DNA of 53,184 nt, counting the filler, from Jimgerdemannia flammicorona (lineage: Eukaryota), in assembly GCA_003990765.1 (NCBI GenBank). It is 3 parts of 3 records of this genome, joined end to end, with 100 filler letters (N's around TTAATTAATTAA, not from the genome) between each part and the next. Parts side by side here need not be neighbours in the genome. Positions count along the whole stretch, not along the records: positions 1 to 17,666 come from RBNJ01002458.1; 2 more parts are not named here. One strand, 5' to 3'. The notes beneath the pieces are model-generated. The model was not told where the DNA came from. It saw nothing but the letters and a program-made list of their open reading frames with translations, and searched no databases. This document shows, piece after piece, positions 1-12,104 of this stretch (position 1 is its first letter; each line of letters begins with the position of its first letter). A program made the position numbers and the translations under genes.

Positions 1-3000
1 TTTATAGTCCCTTGGACTCCATCTTTATTACCAGTCTATGAATAAGTATACAATATCCCCACCCACTAACCGATCCCCATCAGGGGGCCCCACCCCACCT
101 CTTCACGTATAAAGACCACCCTCTCACTAATAACTCCAACTCTCCCACCACTCTGACCACAGATTTTCACCACCAAGTGGTGCCTCCAACCCCCCTGCAG
201 CCCCCAACCACGCCACCAGCCTGTCAAGGTATCCTCCATAAGGAACTGCCATCTTGCTAACCGGCTCCCCAAGCTCTATCGCTCTCCCTCCTCAAATACA
301 AATAGCCAGTGGCCAGCCAGTCCAACCCAAATAGCCAACGCCCAGCCTAACGTAATCCACTCCTCCCCTATCCCTCCTATCAATTGATCTCTCAGGTCCT
401 CCCACCTCCCCCGTACATCATCACCCCTACACCTTACCCCCAAGTGGACCCCAATGGCCTGCCAAAAGTCCCCCAACACCTCACACTCCCCTAGCCAATG
501 TTCTGGCGTCTATACCAATCCCCCTTCCTGCCCTACATTATGGTACTCCTCGCAGTCAAAGCAGCCCCTGACAACAAGGTGACCTGAGCAGAAGTTAAGC
601 ATCACATTCCTCCTCAGCACACACCACCAGACTACCCAGTACTTCGGCGGCATCCAATTTTTCACTGTGGCACTCCAGGTCCAAACTCCATGCCAGTCCC
701 ACTCCTCACCAATTCCAACTCGTTGCCAACCACTAGGCCACAGATCCTGGCCCGGTCCCCTTTGGCATTTGATGCCATCATGGATGTTGAACTCTAGTAA
801 AGGCATGCCTCCCAGAAGAATGCTATCCCATCTCCACATCACCGGGCCCCAAGCCCTCTCCCCCTCATCCCCTCTCCAGCGAATACCAATGTGGCATGCC
901 CCCTCGGCTATACCCTACCAAAAGCCTTTAAATCTCAGTTGCACAGTGTTCTGAAGCCCAACTAATAAAAGAAGATCACCAGTCAAGCCTCTAGGTGATG
1001 TCCTCCTCTCCCATATCCTCTACAGCAAGGGGACCCAGCCCCCTCCATGCAATGCCACCGCCCTCCTCAGCCATCAAGCCCGCAAGCAGTGTAGTCTCTT
1101 GGGGAAGTCCACCAGCCCAAGACCACCTCTTGCCACTGGTAGGGACAGAGTCTCCCAACCAATCTGACTCCGTCTGCCAGCCCAAATCCATCCTTTGGCC
1201 ACCTTCACCAATCTCTTCACCACTCAGGCTGGGAAGTCCAGATGATAGGCCAAATACCACAGCTTCGGCAGCCAGTAAACATTCAAAATCGAGATCCTTC
1301 CTGCCAGAGAGAAGTGTCTACCCCCCCAACCCTGCAGGTCCTCCTCCCAAATTTCAATCCTCTGCTCCCACTACAGCTTGGGCAAAACAGACCCATAGAT
1401 CGACAAATAGATGCCCAAGTACCGCACTGCCTCTCCGGTAGGGACAATTGTTCCAATAACTTCTCCGCTCACCAAGCCATTGCCCAGCACCATTGTTTCG
1501 CACTTGTGCCAATTCAGCTTTGCCCCAGAGTTCGCCTCATACCACTCCACTGTCTTCTGGAGCTCCTCAACATCCACAGTCACTCCCAAACCAACCACCA
1601 TGTCATCTGCAAAGGCTCCAACCTTCCAGCCAACTCCATAGATAGAGAGCCCCATGATCTTCTGCCGAATCCTGTCCATGAGAGGTTCCAAGGAAAGAGC
1701 ATATAAAATGGGGGACAGTGGGTCCCCCTGGGGCACTCCCCTACCCAGAGGGAAAGCCACCCCTCAATGCCCATTGCACACGAGCGCAGCCCTACTCCTT
1801 TCCAGTAGGCTGACCATCGCCGACCGAAATGGGGCCGGAACTCCAATTCTATCTAATACTTTCGCCAGCCAGACTCGCTGCACCTGGTCATAAGCCTTCT
1901 CCTGATCCAAGAAGACAAGACACCCATCCAGTCCACAGGCTCGAGCACCTTCAATAACTCCATGTACCCAGGCCGTGTTATCTCTAATGAGCTGACCCCC
2001 TATGAAGCCCCTCTGTTCAACACCTACAATTTGCTGGGCCACCTTCTGTAGCCTTGTGACCACCACCTTAGTCACCAACTTCCTGTCCATATCTAGCAAC
2101 ATTATTGGCCACCAGTTCTTCCAATCCTCTCGCCTTCCCTTATTCTTATAGAGCAGCATCACCAGCCCAAGGTCTTGCTCCCCCACCCATCTCTCTGACT
2201 GCAATATAGAGTCACACAGTGCTGTCAGCTCCCCCAATATGTCCAGGACTCCAACCATTCGCTTCCAGAAATCCCAGGAGAGGCCATCCTCCCCAGGCGC
2301 CGTGCCCGAGGCTGTCGCGGCAAGAACCTGATGTATCTTGTCCTCCTTTACAGGCATCACCAGGTCACCTAGTCCCTCAGCTCGTGGTGGGTGCCAATCT
2401 TCTAATGTTTGGTCAATGGCTGTAGCATCCACCCCACCCTCCTCCTCACTCCATAATCCACTCCATTGTGCCTTCAGTGTTCCAAGGATGCCCTGTACAC
2501 CATACACTAGTACATCATCCGAATCAAGTACCCCTTCCCACCACTGCTGTACTCTTCTCGCTCGAAGTATCCTTGTGAGAAACTTGGAAGGCCTTTCCCC
2601 TTCCTCCACCCCCTGCCACTGAAGCCGTGCCACCAGGCCTTGCACTCTTACCTCTTCCTCTTCCCGCAGTACCTGTTGCAGTTCCCCAACCTCCATCCTC
2701 ACCCTCGTAATTCTCCAATCCTCTTCTCCCTCCACTGCAGCCAGTCTCGCCCACTCCTCCAGGAGCCTAGCCAATCTAGTAGAAGCCCAATGCACTTTCT
2801 GCCTTCACTGCCTCTCAGCCACTCTGCCAACCTCACTCCAATACATCCTGGCCATCTCTTTCATCCTCATCTACCGAACCCCAATTGCGGCCCCTTCCTG
2901 CTGCCAATTCACCACCTTCAGCTGAATGTCTTTTGCCCACTCCTCCCACCGGACCTCATCATCCAACAAGGAGGAATTCAGGCGCCAATGTCCAGGCCCA

Positions 3001-3711
3001 TCTCTACTTCCCCCAAAACACCCCTGTCCCAAGAGGCCCCAGTGATCTGACCATGGACACCATTCTACCTCTATCACCTTCCAGACATCATGGCTCCAAC
3101 AGTCGGCCATCAGAATCCAATCAATCCTTGTCCCCAGACCTCCAGCCCAATGCGTATAAACTCTCCTGTCCCTCCAGTGCTCCCTACCCGCATCCACCAG
3201 TGCTCCTAGTCTTTCAATCTCCTCCCATGTCGCTAACCCTCCACTTCTGCTCTCCGCACCCCATCCTCCATCAGTTCTATCCAGCTACACATCTCGAACC
3301 ATATTGAAATCTCCTCCAAGCATATTCAACCCAGCTTCAGTAAGGATCCCACTCTCCAGGAGCCCTTTCACCCAATCCACATGCTCCCCCCACACTGCAG
3401 GGCAGTAATAGGAGTCAACTGTAACCGGCTCCCAACCTGCTCGAATCCACTCACCCCAGACCAGTCTCTCCCCCCAGCTCCTTACATCCTTTATCTCCCC
3501 TCTGCTTTTCCGAACCAGAATCTCAACCTTGCTGTTTTAAATCACCATACCACCCCATTCCTTAGTCCATTCCATCCTATCAGCGTCATCCTCGCACCTG
3601 ACATCCTGCAAGAGGAAGAGATCGGCCTCCAATCCCTTCAACCAAAGAAAAATGTTCCTGCGTCTAACTGCACCCCTTAGCCCATTCACGTTCAAAGAAA
3701 AAATGTTGGTT

Positions 3712-4634
3712 GACGACCTTTCACTCGGACCAAACAGTTGGCTCCGTGTCTAAGCCACCAGGATGGTGAGCTTCTCAAGTTTTGGAGGCCACAAATATAG
3801 GCTCCAAGGAGCACTGACAGGTGTACCTCATCTCTTAGGTATAGGAGTCCCACCTGGTCTTTTCGGCATAGCCATAGCTTCTAGTTTCAGCAAGTTACAA
3901 GGATTTCAAGAATTTCGGGGCAAGACAGGCAAAATGACACAGGCAACATGGGCAACATGGGCAACACGGGCAACATGGGCAACATGGGCAAGATGGGCAA
4001 GACAGGCAAGATGGCAAGACGGGCGACATGGGCAAGACGGGCAAAACCGGCAAAACGACACAGGCAAGACGGGCAAGATGGGCAAGATGGGCAAGATGAG
4101 TAAGACGGGCAAAATGGGCAAAACGGGCAAGATGGGCAACATGGGCAAGATGGCAAGACGGGTGACATGGGCAAGATGGGCGACATGGGCAAGATGGGCA
4201 AAACGGGCAAAATAACACGGGCAAGACCGGCAAAATGGGCAAGATGGGCAACATGGGCAAGACAGTAAGATGGGTGACATGGGCAAGATGGGCAAAATGG
4301 GTAAAACAACAGGGCAAGACCGGCAAAGTGGGCAAGATGGGCAACACAGGCAAGACAAGATGGGCGATATGGGCAAGATAGGCAAAATGGGCAAAACAAC
4401 AGACAAGATGGGCAAGACGGGCAAGATGGGCAAGACGGGCAAGATGGGCAAGATGGGCAAGATGGGTAACACGGGCAAGACAGGCAAGACAGGCAAGATG
4501 GCAAGATGGGCGATATGGGCAAGACGGGCAAAACGGGCAAAATAACATGGGCAAGACGGGCAAAATGGGCAAAATGACATGGGCAAGATGGGCAAAATGG
4601 GCAAAATGACATGGGCAAGATGGGCAAAACGGGC
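3712..4634. mobile_element. 923-bp insertion (about 205 bp unique + about 720 bp minisatellite) flanked by a 17-bp target-site duplication
   Basis: AAGAAAAAATGTTGGTT occurs at 3695-3711 and 4635-4651. Removing the insert and one copy restores the ORF2 start seen in copy C. Confidence 0.9.
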
Positions 4635-4637
4635 AAG
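3916..4637 (+). repeat. Degenerate ~9-bp minisatellite (GGGCAAGAT / GGGCAAAAT / GGGCAACAT variants)
   Basis: Directly visible. Recurring GGCAAAATGACAC-type punctuation units suggest block-wise duplication. Confidence 0.97.
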
Positions 4638-4693
4638 AAAAAATGTTGGTTATACTGTTCATGATAAAAATACAGTTGGTTCTCAATCAATCC

Positions 4694-6699
4694 CTACTGC
4701 TCCATGCCCCTCTCCTCCTGTGCCGTGTCCAGATTATGTTCAGCCATCACCTCCTCCTCTTCAGCCCTCTGAGTCTCCAGCCCAGCCAACAGCTCATTTA
4801 TCTCCTCATCAGCCTTCTCCTCAAACTCCTCTCGGTACTCGATGCAAGCCTCCTGCCAAAGCTGTAACCCATGACACCTGTTCCAACAGTACTCAGCCTT
4901 CTCCCCAGTGACCACCGCCAACTCCACCTCCCTCTCCTTATCTACCTCATACCCTTCCTCCTCCAGATACACTGTGAGAATTTCCACCTTCAGTGCCATC
5001 ACCACTCCTTCCCCCTGCAAAATTCTTGTCCAGTACTCGTCACCCATCCCACGCAAATCCACCTCCCCCAGCTCTTCTGCCACCAGATTATTCATTATCT
5101 GGCACATCCAAAGTAGGTTCCCCACCTCCTTTCCACCAGGGGTCGCCGGCCTCCCTCCATCCAGCATCGTGGTGTCCGCTCCCACACTCGCGTCCTCATC
5201 CCATACCTCCGGGACATCCACCAGTTCCTCCCCATCCAACACCTCTGGAATGCTGAATTTCACCTGCTGGGTTCCCAGCATCATCACGTCCTCCCCAGGC
5301 TTATTCCTGGAAGCCGGGCCCTGCCTGATTAGAGGGGAAGGGGTGGGGGAGTTCTCCCAGCCATCATCCCAAATCTCTAAGGTGCCATCAGCATATAGGT
5401 CTCTAATCTGCACCTCCTTAGCCTGCCCTGACCCTGCCCCTTCATTCCCACTCCTCTCACCAGCCCAGACACTTGCTCCGGCCCCTTCTGTACCCGTCTT
5501 CATGCTCACATCCTTCTGTGGTCCACCCCCCAGCTTAGGCAGCAAATCCTTCTGTCTCTTCCGCCCCTGAGCCCTTTCCCACTGCACCTTGTCCACTCGA
5601 ATCCTCTTTCCATCCACCACCTCCAGGAGCGTCGACTCCTCGAAAGTCTTCCAGGCCTTAGCTCGCCTTTCCACTGCCCCATCCAGCTCCTCCAGCGCTT
5701 CCAATAAATCTTCCTCCTCTTCTTCACTTCCTTTCACCCACATCACCTTGCACAGGAAAGCCCTTCAGACCAACACCAAAGGCCAGTCCCTTGTCTTCCC
5801 AGTAGCCTCTTTCCCAGCCAGCCGAATCCTCACATCCACATCCCCAGTCCTGAGCGTGGTCCCTTCCCAGACCCTGAATCCGATATCCACCACCTCTCCA
5901 TACTCCACCATGACATCCTCCACTCTCTTCCTCATCTCCATCACTGTCACCATGGGTACTCCTTTCACCAGCAGTTGGACCACCCTTGGATCCCATTTCA
6001 AATACCTTGCCATCGGAATGTACACCTCCCCAACCACTAACCCAACCTTCAGCGCCTCCTCCAACAGTTCTACCTCCTCAAATCCCACCTCCACCCCCTC
6101 CAGTCCCTTCAGAAACTTCACTGAAGCCGCTCCCGCTACCTGCTTAGTGATAAGCCCCAATACTATTTTTGCTGTCACTGCTAAGCCCTGGAAGCACAGC
6201 ATGACTGCAAATACCGAGATCGACTTCTTGAGTAACAGGGCCACTGCCAGTCCCATTATACCATCCGCCAGGTCCCCGGGCCTCGTGCCCTTCCCACAGC
6301 TTGGCTCACCATCAGCAGTCCTATCTAGATTTTTTTCCAGATCACCCATCATGCCCCCATCAGCAGTCCCCGCCCCAGCCGCTACCCCTCCAGCTCCACT
6401 CCTATGGCCCTCCAGAGAGGCACCCCCAAGAGGTTGCTGCCTGGAAGCTATCACCAGTATCTTCCCCCCTCTCAGCCAGCTCTCCAGTCCTGCTCCCTGC
6501 CGACCCCCCTTCATCTTCTCTGCAAAGCTCACCCTGCCAGACCTTTGACCTCCAGCTCTGCCCCCTCTTCCACCATGGCCCCCTGCCAGCAGGCCCCTCA
6601 TACTCCCCCCAAGCTGGGGCCTCTCCCCACTTACTGCCAATCAAATGCTCCAGGGCCACCCTGCCCAGTACACATCTCCAGATACTCATTGGTCGCCAT
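4694..6699 (-). pseudogene. Family L ORF1 (gag-like position; Gly-rich N-terminus, acidic C-terminus), with stops/frameshift
   Basis: ORF pieces 5765-6640 and 4694-5746 are collinear with ORF1 of copies B and C. It ends MEQ* about 30 nt before the ORF2 ATG. Confidence 0.8.
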
Positions 6700-6780
6700 G
6701 ATACTAGTAGCTTTTCTCCAGAAACTGTGTCGAAAGTGTTGCCAAAGGGTTGTGTAACCTGAATATTACCGGAGAAAGAT

Positions 6781-7720
6781 GTTCAAGTCCATCTTCTATC
6801 ACTATGGTCTACTATGAGTAATTGTTAGTGATCATAACCCCAAGTTCACCAGTCACTTCTGGCAAACTCTCTTTAAGACTCTGGGAACCCAATTGACTAT
6901 GTCTACTACTTTTTACCCACAAACTAATGGACAAGCCAAGTGCATGAATAGAACTCTAGAACAAATGCTTAGAAACTATATTTCTTATAAGTAAGATGAT
7001 TGAGACATCTACCTGACTTATATAGAGTTTGTATATAACAATGCTGTCTAATTATCTACTGGTCTTTCCCCTTTCCAGTTACTCTATAATCAAGATCCTG
7101 AGACCTCTGTAAGTCTATTCTCTTTCAAGAAAACCAGTCAAATACAAGTTCCAACTGTCAAGAACCTTATAGACAAAATGGATGAACTACTCAAGATTGC
7201 TACTGTGAATCTTCAGAAGACTCAACAGCATCAAGCTAAGTATGCTAATAAGAAATACTATGATGTCACTTATACTATTAGAGATCAAGTCCTACTATCT
7301 ACCAAGAACCTTAAGATATAATCTCAAGTCAACCACCCTTCAAACAAGTTTCAACCCAAGTATATCAGACCTTTTGAGATCACTGAACAAGTCTCTACAT
7401 TCTCCTACTGTCTCAAGCTATCTGAAACCATGAGAGTATATCCAGTCTTTCATATGTCATACCTTAAGACCTGAAACTAGTCACAACCCTATTCTGGTCA
7501 AATTCCTAAGCCTTCTATCTCTGTGATTATTGAAGACCATATCAAGTATAAAGCTGAGAAAATCCTTAATAAATGAATCTACTACTGCTATCCTGAATAT
7601 CTAGTCAAGTGGATGGGTTATTCTGAATATGATGTTACCTGGGAACTACTGGTCAATCTCAAGAACTCTCAAGATCTAGTTCAAGACTTTGAAGTAAAAT
7701 ATATTGCTCAATTCCTGTAG
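6781..7720 (+). pseudogene. Ty3/gypsy chromovirus integrase core + GPY/F region + chromodomain, decayed
   Basis: Translates as IVSDHNPKFTSHFWQTL...MSTTFYPQTNGQ...NRTLEQMLRNY, PKYIRPFEI, YPVFHMSYLK and EYLVKWMGYSEYDVTWE. Cut at 6780 by LINE copy A. Confidence 0.9.
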
Positions 7721-8025
7721 TGACTTCTTTGGATTATTGATAATCTATGGTAATGACCAGTACTTTATGCATCAGAAGTTTACTTTGAGACCCCAGAACT
7801 AGCAGAATATTTAATGAACAAGAAGTTTACTAAAATAAAGCTACTAGCTGGATTTGAACCTCTCCCAGTTGGTTAGTCTGATACATAATAGACCCTCTGC
7901 CCTATATAAGGATGGCCAATCTCCACCAATATACTAATTTAAGTTTGAGAAATTTTGGTTAAGTATATCTAGTCTTGTGTTATCTAAGAACTCAATAAGG
8001 ATATTAGTTCTTAAGGAGAGAGAGA

Positions 8026-8489
8026 TGTAACAATTTCATAGTTATATTTAGTCTTAGTATATTTTCATGTCTTTTAGTTAGTCTTTTCTTGTCATTTATT
8101 GAACATTCTATTATATTCTATCACCTTCTACTTGCTTAGAAATTTTCTCTTGGTGCCCAGACACCACTAGAATATTCTTATCTTTCCTTGATGCCAAGCA
8201 TCTTATCTTAGCTAGTTATGGAATCTTTTGGAATATTATAGAATAGTATTAGTCAGCTTTACTAAGAACCTATTTCTTGGTATTTCTCTTTCTTTCCAAG
8301 ATCCTTCCAGATCTTTCTTTCAGATTATATATAAATATCTTTGTTCTCTATCTGAATAAAGCTCAGAATATTTTCTCCCAGAAATCCTTCAAGAATACTT
8401 GAACCTTTAAGTATCTCTTTAAGCTACTTTAGACTAATCAGAACTTTCAGATTTAGCTGCTTCCTCTTAAAGAAACTAGAACTGTTATA
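8026..8489 (+). repeat. 3' LTR of the chromovirus (TGTAACA...TGTTATA)
   Basis: Polypurine tract AAGGAGAGAGAGA (8013-8025) immediately before TG. The end TGTTATA is TGTTACA with a C>T change. Internal AATAAA at ~8355. Confidence 0.8.
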
Positions 8490-10783
8490 AGTATATTGCT
8501 ATAAGAACTCTGACAGCAGCATAGTAAGTAGCCCTCATGCTCTTCAGTCTATAAGGTTCTATAAGAGCAGTATTTACAGCTGCAACCTATATAGGAAATA
8601 ATATTGATGCTATACTGATAGCACAGAAGGCCTGGCTCTAAACTATATACTATATAGATGAGATCAAGTAAGCTCTGAAAGATCAGCTCAATATAACTTA
8701 TTAAGGAATAAGTGAGAATCCAAACATATTCTACACTAGAATTTAATATTAGATAATTCTAATATATTATACTGCTGCTATATGAGATCAAGTAGCTGAG
8801 GCAATCTTTATAAAGAGAGTCCACCCAGAGATAGCTCTGGCTATCTGCTCATCATCAGTAGTTCTGGATCTAGTATAAAAGATTACCTATATCTAGTAAT
8901 ATTAGATAGCTAGATATCTACAAGATCATATAATAGAAAGAGTTACTGAAGTTAGAATTGAAATACCTAAGATAATTAGTATAATCTCTATCATAGTGAT
9001 CAATTGAAACACATTTCAGCCAAGAGCTACTAAGTAGCAGAGAAACAGTAACTCAATGGAGGAACTTGCTAAGAAGTTTGCTGCCATCTCAGACAAAAAG
9101 AGAGATATCTGCTACACCTATAGAGAAGAAGGCTACTTCTTATATGAATATATATATGAGTAAAACTAAATACAAGACCCAGCCAAGCAATACTACTTGA
9201 AACAAGAAATAGGCCAACACTATCACCTTTAAGAAGATTGGAAATTCAGATAAAGAAGAATAAAAAGTCTACTCTACTAAGACTGTCAAGAAGGATGTTT
9301 ACAAGTAATCCTATAAGAGATCACTAGAAAGACTCAAGAAGAATCCTATGGGAAAATATATAGAAACTGCTATAAAAAGTCAAGGTAAAGAAATAGATTA
9401 AGATATAGAACTGGAATAGGCTGTTCAAGATATCATTTGAGAAACTACCCCAGTCAGTAAAGGAGAAAAGAAGAAATAGCTTTATAAGATCAAGACTTTT
9501 AAGTATAATATCTTCAAGGACCTCAGTCAATAAAAGGTCAATATAACTTTTAGCCAGCTAGTAGAAATACTCATGTTTAGACAGCAAATGAGATATGGAC
9601 TTACTGAGATAACTAAGAAGTAAGGATGGAAGATAACTAAGGCCAACAATATTCAAGAAGACTCTAGAGAAAAAAGTAAAGATAATTGCAAGATATCTAC
9701 CTATATAACCTGTCAAATTGAAGATAGAATCTTTGAGACTATTATTAATACTAGAGTAGAAAAATGCCTCTTCAGCAAGAAAGTAGCAGATCACCTAGGT
9801 TGAGAGATTAAAGAAGTAATTAAATTGGTATTTATCACAGCAGATGGTATAAGAGCCACACCTCTAGGAAAGATTTGAGATGTTCCTATCAAGTTTGGAG
9901 GAGCAACTATCTTAGTAGATGTGATTATAACTAATACTACCAACTATGTCATCCTCATTAGCAATCAGTGGCTTCATAAAGCTAGAGCAATAATTGACCT
10001 CAATATCCAGAAGATGTAAATTATCTACTAAGGTCAGAAGATGCAAATTTCCATCAATATCAACAAAAGAGTACTGCCTGAGATAGAGGAAAAAAAAGTA
10101 AGCAAGAAGAAGTCTACATGGTAACTACTTAGAAAAAGAAGAAGAAAGTTAGATAGATCAGTAAGAAAGAATGGTACAAAAGAATTATTGAAAGATATGT
10201 ATGTACCACAAGGAGTCTGCTCTCATAGAATCAAGATGTACTATATGAAATATATTGATAATTATCATTAGTATATCAGTGGAATCAAGAAAATCTATCA
10301 TAAAAGAAGACAGAAGGCCCTTGTGAAATAGGTAAGATAAGAAAAGAAGGAGAAAGAGGATGATAAACTATCAGCCCTCCTAGAGGACAGTAATAATAAA
10401 GAAGAAATTAAGGTCAGGATTCAGAAAATTCATCCTAATGTAGTTTTACCAGAATATAAGTCAGAGAATACAGTTAGAATAGATATTACCATAGTAGAAA
10501 AAACTGTACTAGAGCTCTAGACAACTACCCTGCTTGTAACTGATCTAGAAATAACCATTCTAAAGGACTATATTGGGATTCTCAAGACAAAAAGCAGCTT
10601 GACCAAGAGTAAGATTACTATTGAAGGAGGAGTCATCAATTCAGACTATATTGGGAAAATACTACTTATTGCTAGAAACTATAATCCCACAATTCTATTT
10701 CTAATTAAAAAGAAAGACTGATTAGTACAGATATTGATTTTTTCAGTTCTTTAGTCAAAGATTATAGAAGTCAAGAAGTTGGT
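8490..10783 (+). mobile_element. Second gypsy-like LTR element (family G2), internal part: gag - Zn knuckle - aspartic protease - dUTPase, heavily decayed
   Basis: YYIDEIK*ALKDQLN...ENPNIFYT matches the gag at 52826-53149. CYTYREEGYFLYEY (9110-9151) becomes CX2CX4HX4C when transitions are reversed. IINTRV at ~9740 fits a decayed DTG active site, followed by VILISNQWL. Confidence 0.8.
10405..10783 (+). pseudogene. Retroelement-encoded trimeric-type dUTPase domain, decayed
   Basis: KIHPNVVLPEYKSENTVRIDI (motif 1), KTKSSL (motif 2, RSSL-like), GGVINSDYIGKI (motif 3, GVIDxDYxG), KD*LVQIL (motif 4). Confidence 0.8.
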
Positions 10784-12090
10784 ATCTTTCTCTAGTATCA
10801 CTCAGGTTACACAATATTTGGAAAGTAATTATAACATCATTTTTGGAGAAAAGAGACTAGCAATATAGTGACTGACAGGCAATCTGAGGTATATACTGGG
10901 TAGGGTAGCCCAAGTATATTCAACTGGCAGTAGGTGGAGAGAGGCCCTAGCCTAGGGGGGGGGTATGAGAGGGCTACTGGTGGGAGAATGCAGAAGGAGA
11001 GGAGGTAGTGGTGGAGGACAGGAGTCTGGAAGGACAAGCTTTGTAGAGATGGTAAAGGGGAGACAGTAGATATTGGGGCTAGAGGGTTGGCTGAGGAAAG
11101 ACAGGGAGATGAAGAAGGCAATAGTATATAGAGGAGTAGTGCTTGGCAGGGGGGGTAGTGGAGCTGGAGGTATAGTGGCTGAGGAGAGTATGATAGCTGA
11201 TGGTAACAGAACTACTAATCTGGAAAAAAAAATCCAGATATGACTGCTGGTGGTGCAGCTGAGCAGCTGGGGCTTGGAAGATAAGGGGATTTGACAGATA
11301 GTGTAATGGGCCTAGTAGTGGTACCATTACTCAAGAAATCAATCTTAGCATTTGTAGTGACATTGTGCTTCTGAGGTTTAGCAGTAATAGCAAAAATGGT
11401 GCTGGGGCTTATTGCTAAGCAGGTGGCTGGAGCAGTATCAGTAAAGTTTCTGAAGAGTCTGGAGAGAGTGGAGGTGGGCTTTGAGGAGGCTGAGCCTTTG
11501 GAGGAAGTGCTAAAGGTTGGATTGATAGTTGGGGAGGTGTGTGTTCCAATGATACACTGTCTAAAATGGGATCCCAGGGTGGTCTAACTGCTGGTGAAAG
11601 GAGTGCCCATAGTGATAGTAGTGGAGATAAGAAAGAGAGTCAAGGAGGTTATAGTGGAGTATAGAGAGGTGATGGATATTGGATTCCAAGTCTGGGAAGA
11701 GACATCACTCAGGACTAGAGATATGGATGTAAGAATTCAGCTAGCAGGGAAAGAAGCTACTGGAAAGACAAGAAACTGGCCTTTGGAGATGGTCTGAGGA
11801 GCAATCTTATATAAGGTAACAAGGGTGAAGGAGAGTGAGAAGGAGGAAGAGGACTTATTGGAAGTACTGGAAGAGCTGAGTGGTGCTGTGGAGCAGTGAG
11901 CAAAGGCTTAAAAGGCTTTTGAGGAGTTGACACACTTGGAGGTGATGGATGAGAAGTAGATTTGAGTAGACAAGGAGCAGTGGGAAAGAGATCAGAGACA
12001 TAAGAGGCAGAAGGAACTACTGACTAAGATGGAAGGCAGATCTCTGAAGGATACAAGTAGAATGGTGAGTATGGGGGATACCAAAGCACA
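10784..12090 (+). mobile_element. Family L copy E: older 5' end + ORF1 fragment
   Basis: Family 5' terminus at 10784. ORF1 remnants 11396-11797 match copies A and C. Interrupted where copy B begins. Confidence 0.85.
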
Positions 12091-12104
12091 GGACCAACCT
12101 ACGC

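Larger units (their letters stand above)
66..4662 (-). pseudogene. Family L ORF2 (APE endonuclease - reverse transcriptase - C-terminal Zn motif), disrupted
   Basis: MNSITNIFS continues as LNVNGLRG across the insert. RT fragments at 1764-2795 and 1371-1760. Stops are explained by single transitions. Confidence 0.9.
1..6780 (-). mobile_element. Full-length L1/Tx1-like non-LTR retrotransposon, family L copy A (decayed; interrupted by the 3712-4634 insert)
   Basis: Reverse complement of copy C (43180-49039), including the 3' end ...GGTAATAAAGATGGAGTCCAAGGGACTATAAA at position 1. The 5' end ATCTTTCTCCGGTAATATTCAGGTTACAC resembles the starts of the copies at 10784 and ~12105. ORF2 motifs: APE SLNVNGL/LLQDV/GGDFN/RIDW/SDH; RT PGEDG, LDQEKAYD, GVPQGDPLSP, FADD; C-terminal Cys/His cluster. 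Confidence 0.93.

Noticed and set aside
3887..4690. Cys/Pro-rich 'metallothionein-like' and GKM-repeat ORFs in many frames
   Set aside because: By-products of a stop-poor 9-bp minisatellite; open in several frames on both strands, with no evidence of coding selection.
5589..6548. Long Ser/Pro/Thr-rich antisense ORFs (also 12455-13486, 43401-44360, 44379-45062)
   Set aside because: Expected shadows of G-rich LINE ORF1 sequence; no recognisable domains.
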